A stretch of DNA of 63,828 nt, the filler included, from Octopus bimaculoides (lineage: Eukaryota), in assembly GCF_001194135.2 (NCBI RefSeq). It is 4 parts of 4 records of this genome, joined end to end, with 100 filler letters (N's around TTAATTAATTAA, not from the genome) between each part and the next. Parts side by side here need not be neighbours in the genome. Positions count along the whole stretch, not along the records: positions 25,905 to 56,488 come from NC_068993.1; 3 more parts are not named here. One strand, given 5' to 3'. Each line of letters starts with the position of its first letter. The first letter of the stretch is position 1. The translations under genes and the position numbers were made by a program. Shown here in pieces: positions 37,597 through 51,045 of the stretch. The notes under the pieces were generated by a model that saw only the letters and a program-made list of their open reading frames with translations, did no database searches and had not been told where the DNA came from.

Positions 37597-37871
37597 TTAA
37601 TCAAGAAAATAATGTTTCTTTTGATTTTTCTATTGTTGAAACTATCTATCAGTTACCATCACCATGGTAACCATCATCATCGTTTAACGTCTGCTTTCCA
37701 TGCTAGCATGGGTTGGACGATTTGACTGAGGACTGGCGAACCAGATGGCTGCACCAGGATCTAATCTGATCTGGCAGAGTTTCTACAGCTGGATGCCCTT
37801 CCTAACGCCAACCACTCCAAGAGTGTAGTGGGTACTTTTACATGCCACCAGCATGAGGGCCAGCCAGGCGA

Positions 37872-38035
37872 TGTTCTCTGGAAATCCATGCAGGTATTGG
37901 AAGACCAAGAAGATTGTATATCGATGAATTGGATATCAAGCTGAGAATATGAAGACTGCAATGGAAGATCACGGCATGGTATGGAAGAGTTGCACTGGTC
38001 CAGGCAAGGCACCCAACCAGACAGATATACAACTC
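37872..38035 (+). mobile_element. LINE C-terminal remnant abutting a family B copy
   Basis: LWKSM..GRPRRLYIDEL..KTAMED. Confidence 0.55.
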
Positions 38036-38903
38036 CTGAGAGAAATGTCACTGTCCCATTTTTTACAGGGGCAAGAGGTACAAATTGAACTCAGAATGTG
38101 CAGAGCTGGATAAAGATACTTCAAAGCACCTTGTCCACTGATTTAATAATTTCACAGATCCACACTTCTGGACTGTTACTATTTACCAATGCTCAAAAGG
38201 ATAAAGAGCTATGTTGGACTGGGTGGGATTTGAACTCCAGTGCAGGCAGTCAGAACAAATATCACAAAACATTCTAATCAAAACTCCAAGTCACTACCTT
38301 TTACAATAAATTATCTAAGATGACATGATATAAAACTCTAAATTCAATAAAATGTAAAAAAAAAAAATACTTATAAAACTTGCTCTTTTAATACATTTTT
38401 TGTTTTGTTATTTTTTTAATTTAAAAACCCAAAGAAACCAAGCAAAATGAGTCAAGAATCAAATGTAATTTGTTTAACTTTCACTCAACCTAATTCAGTT
38501 ACAATTACGTCTTTAGTATTTATCAGGTTTTTAACTGTAGTGCACATTGAGAAGAGCAGTTTGATTAAAATTACATCTAAACTATGTGGATGGAACATTT
38601 GAAAAAATACACGTCCCAAAGACCATTATGCCTGTGTCACCTGCTTACAACCTGAATTAAAATGTAGGGCTTATATGAAGAACAGTTTAAGTCATGAGCA
38701 AATGGATAACAAAGAGAGAGAGAGAGACATGGATAGAGTAAGTAAAGGGATGACGTGAGAGAAAGAAGGAAAGAGAATGAAGAAAGAAGAGGAAGAAAGC
38801 CAAAGAAGAGAGAGAGAGATATAAGGAGAGGGAGAGAATGGTGTGTGTGAAAGAAATCTTGTAAATTTTTTAAAATTTCTTTTACTGCCTCAAGCTGACT
38901 TAC

Positions 38904-39002
38904 CTTCCAGCAATTCTAAACTAGCGCCACCTCCAGTACTGACATGGCTCACTTTAGTCTCGGTTTTGAACTTGGCACAGCAGGTAGCAGTGTCACCTCC
39001 AC
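38904..39002 (-). CDS. PGK: PGK exon, 99 nt: [32 protein letters not shown](G)
   Basis: tatctcag|GTGGA...GAAG|gtaagt. Confidence 0.97.
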
Positions 39003-39099
39003 CTGAGATACAAAGACATTTGATATCAAAATGGTTTAAACATTCATTAAATAATCTTCAGAAAATTTGTCAGGTTAAACTAAAGGGACAGCAACTTAC

Positions 39100-39200
39100 C
39101 AACAATAGTTGTTGCACCGTCTTCAGTGGCCTTCACTACAGCATCCATCATAGATTGGGTGCCTTTAGAGAACTTCGGAAATTCAAAAACGCCAGGAGGG
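39100..39200 (-). CDS. PGK: PGK exon, 101 nt: PPGVFEFPKFSKGTQSMMDAVVKATEDGATTIV(G)
   Basis: ttcaacatcag|CCCT...GTTG|gtaagt. Confidence 0.96.
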
Positions 39201-39401
39201 CTGATGTTGAAAAAAAAATAATTTTCAAGTATACGTAACAGATAATGCACTCTAACCTAATAAAGTTTGTAACTAGGTTAATAACAAAGAAAGATGAGGA
39301 AATTTCATTAAGAGAAAACGACAGCAGGATTTCACCTGCTTCCCTTTGGATCCAAGACACTTGTCAGTTACTGCACATCTAAAGAAACAAAGTTTACTTA
39401 C

Positions 39402-39478
39402 CCATTCCACACAATAGTCTTAGCCGTAGCAATAATTTCAGAAAATTTCTTGTTTGTCTCTTCTCCAACATCCAAACC
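39402..39478 (-). CDS. PGK: PGK exon, 77 nt: GLDVGEETNKKFSEIIATAKTIVWN(G)
   Basis: atatttcag|GGT...AATGG|gtaagt. Confidence 0.96.
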
Positions 39479-39668
39479 CTGAAATATATTTTAGTGCTTT
39501 ATTGACTAAACTGAAAGAACTGACCTCAGAATAAATATACAGAATAGAATTTCATTAACATGAACTATTAAAATGGTTCACATTAAAATGAGATACTAAG
39601 ATTGATATCAATGGAAAAATATTAGCATAAATACCAAACTATTTGGATCAACATAGAATTTATATATA

Positions 39669-39699
<31 letters not shown>

Positions 39700-39718
39700 G
39701 CCATACATTTTATATATA

Positions 39719-39751
<33 letters not shown>

Positions 39752-40219
39752 NNNNNNNNNNNNNNNNNNNNNNNNNNNNNNNNNNNNNNNNNNNNNNNNN
39801 NNNNNNNNNNNNNNNNNNNNNNNNNNNNNNNNNNNNNNNNNNNNNNNNNNNNNNNNNNNNNNNNNNNNNNNNNNNNNNNNNNNNNNNNNNNNNNNNNNNN
39901 NNNNNNNNNNNNNNNNNNNNNNNNNNNNNNNNNNNNNNNNNNNNNNNNNNNNNNNNNNNNNNNNNNNNNNNNNNNNNNNNNNNNNNNNNNNNNNNNNNNN
40001 NNNNNNNNNNNNNNNNNNNNNNNNNNNNNNNNNNNNNNNNNNNNNNNNNNNNNNNNNNNNNNNNNNNNNNNNNNNNNNNNNNNNNNNNNNNNNNNNNNNN
40101 NNNNNNNNNNNNNNNNNNNNNNNNNNNNNNNNNNNNNNNNNNNNNNNNNNNNNNNNNNNNNNNNNNNNNNNNNNNNNNNNNNNNNNNNNNNNNNNNNNNN
40201 NNNNNNNNNNNNNNNNNNN

Positions 40220-40301
<82 letters not shown>

Positions 40302-40409
40302 CACACACACATATACACATATGTATATGCAACAGACTTATGCAACACACGAAACCAGCCAATCACCTCATCACCTACTTATCTGGCAAACACACAAGTC
40401 AGAATAGCT

Positions 40410-41900
40410 ACTGCAAATGTCAAAACCTTTCTTGGCAGAGAATGCACTAAGCAACATAGATTAGTAGCTAGGAACTTTGGGGTCAAAGCTAGGCAGACAA
40501 ATAAAGAATACATGGAGAAGGAAGATATGGAAAATAGAAGATTCTACAGTTGGGAATAGATTTAGAGAATTTCTAATGAACACACATGACTGTAGGGAAG
40601 AAGATTTAAGCGCCTGTAACATAGCTGACCACAGAGAATTTCAACAGAAGAACCTGCTTTGGGCTACAGACCAGATATGTAGCTAAAACAAAGTCCCTAC
40701 CAAGCCCAAGGTAACGTGGTAGTGAAATAATGGGGCAATAAGTCCAAGAGACAGGCTTGGGAAACCTACAAGGAAGCATTACCAAATGGCTAGATGAGCA
40801 TCTAAGCAACAGCTATACTTGGCTCAAGGTGAGGTGGAAAGGAAGAGATTTGCAAATGTCCCACAACATGATGAGAAGAAGCATAAAGTGTTCAGGATTG
40901 CAAGACAATGTGTGAGAGAGAACTGGGATATCATTGGTGAGAAGTGTATTCAGAATAATGATGGCATGCTTGCCAGTGATATGGGAGACAAGAATGAAAC
41001 AAGCAAGAGCTATCATGAAGGGCTGCTGAACATGGAGAATGCAGGGCATGAAGCGGGATTACTTCATGCTGACCCTACAGAGATACCTACAATTTGAGCT
41101 GAGAGCAGTGCGGTAGAGGAAATGATCAAAGACATGAGAGAAAGAAACCTGTGGGTTCATCAGGACAAGTTGCAGAGATGCTCAAAATATCTGGTAAGAG
41201 ACATAACTACTACTCAGAAGGTTAATCGAGTTATACAGGAAGGAGTCATATCCAAAAACTGGCATAGCAGTGTCTTCATAAACTGCTACAAAGGTAAAGG
41301 ACATACCTTAGAGAGAAGCAACTATAGAGGGATCAAACTGCTAGACCAGACTGCACAGGTCAAGGAAAGAGTCATAGCATGATCCAAAAGAGAGAAAACC
41401 TTGAGCAGCTGCAATTAGGCTCCATGTTTCCACTGAGGCAATTCAGCGGAAATATTCAGCTAAGCATGAATTACTATTCCTGGTTTTTGTTGATTTGGAG
41501 AAACCATTTGACATGGTACTATGCTCAATAGTTGGTGGTCACTAAGGAAACAAAGTGTAGATGAATGGCTTGTGAGGGCTGTAGAAGCTATGTACAAAGA
41601 TCTGGTATGTAATGTGACAGTTGGCAATGATTTCATTGATGAATTTAGCATAAAGGTAGTTTATCAAGGTTTAGTCCTCTCCTATTTATCATAGTCCTAC
41701 AGGCCATCACAGAGGAATTTAAGATTGGATGTCCATGGGAACTCTTATATGTTGATGATCTAGTTCTCATACCTGAACCTGTAGGGGAATTAGAAAGAAA
41801 ATTCCAAGCTTGGAAACTAAACCTAGAATCAAGAAATCTTGAGGTAAACTTAGCAAACATGAAGGTTTTATTAAGTAGGATGAAGATAAAACCCTGGGAT
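40410..41900 (+). mobile_element. Degraded RTE LINE (end of endonuclease plus RT), antisense within a PGK intron
   Basis: Broken frames: NVKTFLGRECTKQHRL, INCYKGKGHTLERSNYRGIKLLDQ, FVDLEKPFDMV, DEWLVRAVEAMYK, ELLYVDDLVLI. Confidence 0.9.
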
Positions 41901-42228
41901 CTTCAGAGAGCTGTCCTTGTTCTATATAATGGTTTAAGCACATACATAAAAATATATATTTAAATACTCTTCAGCATGTTATTGGTACACTGTTTCCATG
42001 TTGCTAATTTGCATACATCAGCCTCTTTACACTTTCCTATTATCATATTCCCAGTCTCAATAAGCAACTCTGAAACCAAAATTTAAAATGATTAGTTAAA
42101 AGGGTGGGTAAATGCTCTAACTTAAAATGATTGTGCAGCTTCACTCGGAATCTTAACAGACAAATACAGTCAAAACAGCTCAAGTATGTCAGAACATAGA
42201 TAAATTGACACTCAAATCAAAGCCTTAC

Positions 42229-42408
42229 CATACATCCTGCAGGAATACCTTCCTCTACTGTAGCTTGACCAACTGTGGCATTTTCAGCAAATTTATCACC
42301 AGTTACAAAATCAACAGGCAAAACTATTTCTACATTGTTTTGCTTTGACTTTTCTATGAGACGATTAACAATTTTGGAACCGTCTTCATCGTAGAGGGAA
42401 TCCCCAAT
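42229..42408 (-). CDS. PGK: PGK exon, 180 nt: [14 protein letters not shown]...[31 protein letters not shown]
   Basis: ttttccag|ATT...ATG|gtaagg. Confidence 0.97.
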
Positions 42409-43011
42409 CTGGAAAATCGACAAACAAAACATTCCATTACATGAGGGCAAAATTCAAAACTTGACAATCATCACAAACAATTATCTTTTATTCACTTCTG
42501 GAACAGTTCTTCTATATTATTATTGATTAGCTTATATTATGAATTGTGGAATTAAATATAGTTTAAGAGCCAATTATCTTTATCTTTTACTTGCTTCAGT
42601 TACTAAACTGTGGCCGTGCTGGGGCACAGCCTTGAAGAATTCTTAATCAAATTAATCAACTGCAGTACTTATTTTTTTTTTAAATCCTGGTACTTATTCT
42701 ATCAGTTTCATTTGCCAAACTACTAATGTTATGGGGACGTAACAAAATCAACACCAATTGTCAAGCGGTGGCAAGGGTCAAACATACACACACACACACA
42801 CTGAGCTTTTTTCAGTTCCCATCTACCACATCCACTCATAAGGCTTTGTGCAAATTCCAAACAACTAGGTGGTTTGAGGTAAATGGACTAATGCTTCCAT
42901 AATAACACACACAACAAAACACCAGCTAAAATGGTAACATCTAATCAAAAAAGCCACACCAAATGAAGTGGTGTGTTCTTTTGCCTGACGATATACAAGA
43001 GAAATGCTAAC

Positions 43012-43126
43012 CTCCATGTCGTTAAGAACTTTGAGGAAAGTGAAAGCCATGCCACCACCTATTATCATCAGATTTACTTTGTCCAGTAAATTCTCAATCA
43101 GTTTAATCTTATCAGCAACTTTGGCT
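43012..43126 (-). CDS. PGK: PGK exon, 115 nt: [38 protein letters not shown]
   Basis: ttgttacag|AGCC...GAG|gttagc. Confidence 0.97.
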
Positions 43127-44047
43127 CTGTAACAAAAATAAAAAAATTTACTTTGAGAAATATTGGAAAAGAAAAGCAGACAACAAGCTTTTTTTTTTTT
43201 TTTGTGCATTAATATAATACAAGTGAATTTTGTGTATGTATATTTTTACTTCATGATCATTAAACGTCCCTTTCTCATTGCTGGCATGGGTTGGATGGTT
43301 CAACATGAAGAGATGAGCCAAAGGGCTGCACCAAATTCTAATGTCTGCTTTGGCATGATTTATACAGCTAGATGCTCATTGTGTTCATACACATTTTCAT
43401 GCATGTTTGTGTATGTATATACATGTGTGTGTGCATACATGTGGTGTGTTCGTGTGTATCTACATGTGTATGTTTGTACATATGTGAGAGACATTTGTGT
43501 ACATAAGTGCATATTTCAATGTTTTTACTTTATCCTGTTTTCCACAAACTGTATATCAAATACACACCATCTCTGTCACTAAAAGAATCACTAAAATTCA
43601 ATAAGGAATGTCATTACAAGGCAAACCTTAATAAAGATCGGTACAATTTGTAGCTGAATGATGAAGAGAACAGCTCTAAAAGACTTTAATTTACATAGTC
43701 CTTTTCCAAGATGTTTTAAGAAAACCTGATATTAGTACAGAAACCTTTCTCCATAACTGTTGAGCCAGCTCACATTACACCAACTATGAAGTATAATAAG
43801 CCAACATGTTAGAAACAGCAGTCAAATCACCAGAAACAAGCTTCTCTTAATTTTGGTGTCATAGGACTGCTCAATCAGAGCAAGAGTGACAGCACATGTA
43901 AACCACATTTGTAACCACCACAGCCTAAGACTGAATTCATTTCGTGAGTTAAGACCATATCATTTATCTAGATATCATTGATGACTTCAGACATAAAAAC
44001 ACAAATACATCAAAGCGAGAAACAGAATGAAAGTTTTAGAAACTTAC

Positions 44048-44167
44048 CCTCCAAGGATAGCTAAAAATGGTTCCTCAGGTCTTTCAAGAGCCTTAGCAAA
44101 ATATGTTAGTTCCTTTTTGAGGAGGAAACCAGCCACTTTATTGGGGAGTTGAACACCAACCATTGAG
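44048..44167 (-). CDS. PGK: PGK exon, 120 nt: [39 protein letters not shown](G)
   Basis: tttcttcag|CTCA...GGAGG|gtaagt. Confidence 0.97.
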
Positions 44168-44330
44168 CTGAAGAAAAAGAAATGCATTTGTATCTAATAT
44201 TATCTGTATAGTAAAATACGCTTATGTTCTGATCTAATGCATTCTATACTTTGGTTTCTGAGTATGTCATATACCTTCATCCATTTACTCATCATGTATC
44301 ATCCATCTGCATTATATGTTTGTACTAATT

Positions 44331-44391
44331 CAGTGGTTCCCAACCCTTTTATTTAAATGAGTTTTCCCCACAGATATGCTTATCCTTATGG

Positions 44392-44444
<53 letters not shown>

Positions 44445-44523
44445 TTTGAATTTAGTTCACAGACCACCAGTACTACCTTTGCAGGCCACCAGGGCTCTGT
44501 TAACCCCAGGTTGGGAACAACTA
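44331..44523. mobile_element. hAT (Charlie-like) MITE with an internal (AT)n
   Basis: CAGTGGTTCCCAACC / GGTTGGGAACAACTA; 8-bp flanks TACTAATT / TACTAACT. Confidence 0.8.
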
Positions 44524-45202
44524 TACTAACTTAACCAGTGTTCTTGCCAATACTTATGCTTATGCTCTTTCTCATTCCTTCTCAAAGCTTATATTCAATA
44601 TATTCCTTTCAATTGTCTCAAAGTCTGTCTTTTGTAATATGGTGGGGAAAAAACCTTTGCTGCAAGCAGAAACCAATTTCCTGAAGTTTCACCATTTATA
44701 TTGAATACTTGTCATTGTGCAATAAACAGCTCAATTTCATAAACACTTATATTGATAATTAATCCACAACATCTGACACACCTAAAGTTTGGCTTACCAT
44801 TTATGTTGACATGTCTAATTCAAATATTAAAAAAATCTTTACTTGACATGATTAATTTTATTATTCAGATACATTTTTTGACAAGCATCTAATGAAACAG
44901 TAGAAAGATTTCAGTACAAACAAATATTAGATATACAGAGGTGAAAAGTTAACCGAATGACCTGAAGCAAATTCACAGGACTGGATTAAATACAAAGACA
45001 GGACACTCTCTGCACATCAATGGAGAGAGGTAAAAGTTGTTTGCAAGAGAGGATTTCCTTAGAAGACAGTTTTGCTTTAGCATTAGATCTTTGTGTATAT
45101 AAGGATTTTAACTAGCAATCTATAATTAATGGTTCTCCTAAAAGCTAACAATGAAATATCCCTTCAGTATAGAAGTAAAGAAAATGATGTGAGATGACAA
45201 AC

Positions 45203-45306
45203 CTGTGGGCTCGGTGAGCCGTACCAAAGGCATCATTAACATAAACATCTCCTAGTTTCGACAATGACTCACGGAACTTCTTAACATCATCTGATTTTGC
45301 TTTGAT
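45203..45306 (-). CDS. PGK: PGK exon, 104 nt: [34 protein letters not shown](S)
   Basis: aatttcag|ATC...CACAG|gtttgt. Confidence 0.97.
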
Positions 45307-47023
45307 CTGAAATTATAATCAAAAGCTCAATGACAAGACAAAATACATTCCACCAAGTATTAGGCACCAAAATAAAAACTTCAGAATCAAAATTCAAAAC
45401 TAGAATTTTCTCAGGCTACCTACACACACGTTAAAATTTCAACTAAATAATGATTAATTATGTTAATGCTCAAGAAGGTGCAATATTAGTAGAATGGGTT
45501 GAATTCCTAGTTTTCCACTTTAGTGCATTGCTTTAATAACTAAACAATTGCAATACCAGAATGACTGATCTATATCACATTCAAGAGATATATCAATAGA
45601 CATTAAGTGCTGGTATTTATCACAACCTCTGCTATACTTCATCTGATCTTTTACATTCCAAATTTTATTTTGCTAATCACATTTTCAAATTGTTTCAAAC
45701 ATAATTATGTTATGCCTGTTTGATTACATTAAAGGAATTAAGCATTTCCAAACATATTAATATCAGTTTTTTTAAGCAACTTTTATTTTTATGACAGAGG
45801 ATGTGCAACACCAATGATCCCTTTCAGGACTTCCAGAACCTGGTGGAAAGAAGTTATCACAAATGCTTGTCTGAGGGATTTGTGGTAATGTTACACCAAA
45901 CAACAAATTAAATATTCCACCTAAAGATACAGTTTTACCAATATGCTTTCACACAGAAAACCTATTTTCAACACTGAAGCTATGATAGAAGACCAAAGAG
46001 CCATGCATTTGATCAAACACCAAAGCCATGTAAAAGCAAAATTCTTAACCACATAGCAATAACAACGCCCATAGTTATGTCTAGATTTACAGCTTAACAC
46101 CATTTGCTCAGCTTTGATATGAGCTTTGTGCCACTTATTCACCTTCAAGTTCAAAGAGAAGGACATATTTGAAACAAACTCAAAGCTAATAGTCTATCAC
46201 CTTAAAAGATCCATTCATTCATCACACTTGCTTTATTTCAGTCCAAGTAAAACCTAATAAGTTTGATCAGATGTGATACAATGCAGCAAAGTTCATTACA
46301 TTGAGACTCTCGATGCAATATCATCTGTGTCACTTTGTAATTCCAGAGACAGTTTTAAATTCTGTTTCTTGCAGAACTTCATACATAGCATTAGTCTATT
46401 TACATAATTCATAGAAACCTTATAAATTTTAATCACAAGGAATATAAAATAATTAGATTTTTCATGTCCTACTTTCAATGTGTATGTCCACCAATGTTGA
46501 TAAGGTCATGAATAGAGATAACTGCTTTAATACAATGCTATCATGTAAATTTATTACAGCAATAAATTCAGTTTCCAGTAAACATATCTATAAGATATTT
46601 CTGTATTTATATTGTTATTAGAAGAGCCCTGAAGATTTCCTGAAGTAAATTTAACGAAATTCAACCTGAAAGAGCACATTTTTTTTTCATTTCCAGACTA
46701 AATTTACAGATTAAACTTGTCAGAGTTTAAAGTTTTTAAGTTGTCTCACACCACTGTATCAATTTGCAACTAAATGTACAGGACAATAAGAGTTAAGTAT
46801 ATAGACCAAGAGTAAAAAAAAGTTGCAGACTTATCTGCCCTAATCAGAGATATGTCAATCATAATTTCATTAAACTATTATCTCTTCCAACAAACATGCC
46901 AACATATTTTTCAAATCAGCATAAAAGCATAACATTATTGTAATGTGTCCAAGAAAAAAATGAAAAACATCTACAAAGATATCTTAGTTAAGATAAGGAA
47001 AAACCAAATGCTAAGAGAGTTAC

Positions 47024-47168
47024 CTTTTGACCATTCTCATCAGTTCCTTTACCTTCTTCTTCTATGTGGAAACGCAAGTTTTCCAAAAGGAAAATAGAAC
47101 CTGGTTCAGGATCACTACATGCAGCTTCCGTCTCAGGACCAACACAGTCAGGAAGAAATGTAACAGAT
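47024..47168 (-). CDS. PGK: PGK exon, 145 nt: [48 protein letters not shown]
   Basis: ttttacag|ATCT...AAG|gtaact. Confidence 0.97.
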
Positions 47169-48012
47169 CTGTAAAATAACATACAATTTCCCATTTAAAC
47201 TATCAGCCAAAAGTTTCGGTACTCTGCATTAGTCACCCCGTATTTCCGAGAATGGTGAAACAAAACTTTTAAACATAATAAACATGACACATAATAATAT
47301 AAGTAGTGTTGGCAACATAAAACGTGTTTACATAAAGAGGAATATGGGAAGTTGCGATAAACATCAGACTAAGTAATTACTGAAAAATTATTGCTGTGGA
47401 GGTATGCTAATACACCTGTCAGAAGTAACTGGCACAGAAAAGTATCAGAAGTGAAACAATGATAGTTCCTTCTATACCAAAGACAATCTCCTGGCTTAAT
47501 AAGATTACAGTCATTTGTCTTTTAGTTATCTACTAATTTAATTCTCTATCACAACAGAGTAAGAATAAATACCAAAGATCCATGAAAGAGGTTAGAGATT
47601 TCACTATTAAATGTAAGGCTTTGTGAACCAAGTAACAATTTCTAAAAAAAAATCCTTTGGCACTAGTACTCTACTAATAATTTACTGATTATTCAGAAGT
47701 TTCCAGAACTGTTAGTACCAGTAATATACTGGAATTAAATAGCTAACAGGTAAACAATAACAGTATTTGACTAATAGAAATCATAGATAAGTATCATCAT
47801 CCTATGAAGACGAAATCTATAAGCAATAAAAACCCTGCCTAAGCGGACAGTGAAGCCTGGTGCAGTCTTCTGCCTAGCCAGCTCCTGTCAAACTGTCCAA
47901 CCCATGCCAGCATGGAAAACAGACATTAGATGATGATGATGATTATCATCATGAAAGAAATAACCAAATTATTTTTAAAATGTTACAAACAAAGGTAAAA
48001 ATACAAACGTAC

Positions 48013-48165
48013 TTTCCCAAAAGTTTATTAAGTTCAGGAACTACACATTTCATGGAATATTTTTCATTGGGTTTTCCATCTGGCCTCCCTAAATGGCTCA
48101 TGACCACAACACACTTGGCTCCTTTCTCCAGAGCATACTGTATAGTTGGTAGAGCAGCAACAATT
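48013..48165 (-). CDS. PGK: PGK exon, 153 nt: (R)[50 protein letters not shown](K)
   Basis: aattttag|AATT...GGAAA|gtacgt. Confidence 0.97.
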
Positions 48166-49418
48166 CTAAAATTCAAAGTAAAAGATTCAACAATAAAAGA
48201 ATGTTAACATTAATATTCATTTTTGAAAAATTGTTTATGCTAATGATTATACATTTATGCATTTGTTTTGCAAGATTCTTGATGTGAAACTGTGTGTTGA
48301 AACAGATATTGTGGTATTTCAGGATGGTCTTTTCTTTTTTTTTTCCTTACCAAATAAACACATGCACTATATATTCATTCTTCACACATTTTTTTTATAT
48401 TGTTTTTATTTTATCTTATGTCCCTTGTCTGGAAATCTTCCATCACACATCTGTGACATCTTCAGCGACTCTTCCATCCCATGTATATCTTCCTGTTCTG
48501 TTTAATCCATTATACATTGTTGACTTCAGAAAGATGAAAAGAAACTTCAATTTCAGAAGGATTTGAACTCAGAACATTTAAGGGGATTAACTAAATGTTA
48601 CAAACCATTTATTCTGGCAAAATGCTGTTCATACCATTCCACCGTTATCAACAATAAAGATTTTCTTGCAGAGGTACATATTCACAAATTTGAATGAAGA
48701 ATGCAGGTAATTCAAAATATAGCAACTGGTCAAGCACTGGTCTCATATGTAGTTATTACATTTCTTAAAAAAGTTAACTCTGAAGAGTTAGTTCATGCAA
48801 ATGAGCAAATATGAAGAAAGCATTTGTGCAAGACATGATACATAGTATAAAGTCTGAAAGTTATGCAAAGAGGGTTCAAAAAAATAAATAAATAAAGAAC
48901 CAGTGGAAATAAAAATCTACAAGGATAGCATAAGGGCACAGTTTGCACCTGGATATATGAATTGTTGCAGAAAATCCTCAAATCAAACGCTGTATCCCGT
49001 TTTCTAAAATATTCTTTAAGCTAGAGTAAAGCAAACTACGGCTGCAAGCTTATGAATGTACAACTGTCTCTATAAACAAATACATGATTTACATACATAT
49101 AGGTGCAGGTAACATGTGGGAAGATGCCTGCTTCTCAGCCATATGGCGTTGGGTTCAGTCTCACTGCATGGCACCTTGGACAAGTGTCTTCTACTATAGC
49201 CTTAGGCCAACCAAGACCTTGTGAGTAGATTTGGTAGACAGAAACTGAAAGAAGCTTGTAATATATATATATATATACATATGCCTCCTGGTCCACCAGT
49301 CCTCAGTCAATCGTCCAACCCATGCTAGCATGGAAAGCAGACGTTAAACGATGATGATGATACACACACATGTGCTAGTATGTGGCAGGTGTGCTTCTGT
49401 TTGTTGTCCCCCTGTGTC

Positions 49419-49548
<130 letters not shown>

Positions 49549-50689
49549 GATTTGAAGACTACAATGACAAAGAACAATAATAAGATGAATTATAATAATA
49601 GTAATATTAATGATAAAAAACAAAGAAATAATATGGTTAATTATCCCTTATGGGATCCAAATCAAAACTAACTTAAAGAAATTCTGAACATAATTAAAAT
49701 CTTTTAAAAAGAATAAAGAGTCTTCGAAAATATTCTCAAAAAAAAACTATCAGAGTGGGATATTCGACAACAAAAAAACGTTAGTAATATTATATCATCA
49801 ATAAACAACATCAAATTAAATAAATTCTATAATAACAATTTAACTAATATTAATAATAGCTACGGAAGAAATATAACAAACAAAAAACATAACCTTATAC
49901 TAAATAAATGCACATAACTCCCCACCCAGTATGTTAAACAATTAATGAGGACGATAGTTAAATGTAGTTTTTAATAGAATTATATAATAGTATTAGATAC
50001 AGATATACCTAAAACCAAGGGAAAAAATGTAAAGAATATTACCTTAAAAAGGATTAGACAGGGCACATATCAAATAAAATAAATTTCTAAAAAAAAAATC
50101 CCATAATACCTATAGATAAGAGTATCTTATTATTATCTCCCCTTGTATTCAATCTCTCATATGATATTAGTCTTAAAGAATTTTTTTAGAGCAGTGTATT
50201 TTTTTCCCATAATACTTAGTGCAGGACAGAAGGTGCAGCCATTTTCACAGGTTAAAGAAGGGGTAAACATGCAAATAAGTATTCTTCTCTTGTTAATTAG
50301 TTTTATTCAATAAATTTGTAAGATATATAGAGGTTTTTTACTGTGTAGCAAACTCATGAGAGGCGGAGAGTGAACATAGGTTCGTTTGCCCGAACAGGAG
50401 AAATTATTGATTTCTCATTGGTTAAAAATTACTGCCCATATATGAATTCTCACAAGAATACTCAGATGCACATGCAGGCAGAGAACAATAAGTGCCCACA
50501 CACCTGTCCATGGGCACATAATGTATGGAATGATAGCATGGTGATCACTGTTCAATGTGGATTATAGTAGTTCAGTGCTGTGTTTACAGGGTGGTAATAT
50601 TTGAGGATGGCTTTCATGGCATGCAAACAACATGTAATCCCTTCAGGTAATTTATTAATGACCTTTATCCTACTAAGCAAGATTGATAG

Positions 50690-51045
50690 TGCTTTTTCAG
50701 AGCAAAATCCATAGGTCCAAGAACACACATTCTAAGACCTGCGGATTGTGCAGAATATTCTCAACTCTCTCATGGGATATGCTAATAGCGTTGTCATCCA
50801 TGACCATGTGGTGAACACGACCAATGTTTTCCTTGGTGGTGGCAGTTTCAGGATGTCCAGATCTTGGATCATCTTCAAGACTCCCTTCCCCTCCAAAATT
50901 CAGCTGCCCACTTTTTTACTGTTGATTAAGATGGAGTTTTATCCCCTAATGTAGCAACCATGTCAGTATGAATGTTGTTGTTGGGGGCTAAACCCATTTT
51001 CTGCAGATACTTGATTAACACCACAGTGCCAAATTTTGTCCATTT
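50690..51045 (-). mobile_element. Mariner transposase N-terminal remnant
   Basis: IKYLQKMGL..IHTDMVATLGD..STVKKWAAEFWRGRESLEDDPRSGHPETATT. Confidence 0.88.

Larger units (their letters stand above)
37257..48165 (-). other. PGK: Phosphoglycerate kinase gene span (5'-partial; 10 coding exons, 1135 nt)
   Basis: Motifs [81 protein letters not shown] in one spliced frame with no stop or frameshift. Confidence 0.98.

Noticed and set aside
48949-49003. Exon-like 55 nt as possible PGK exon 2
   Set aside because: No VDFNVP similarity and a weak donor (gtgcaa).
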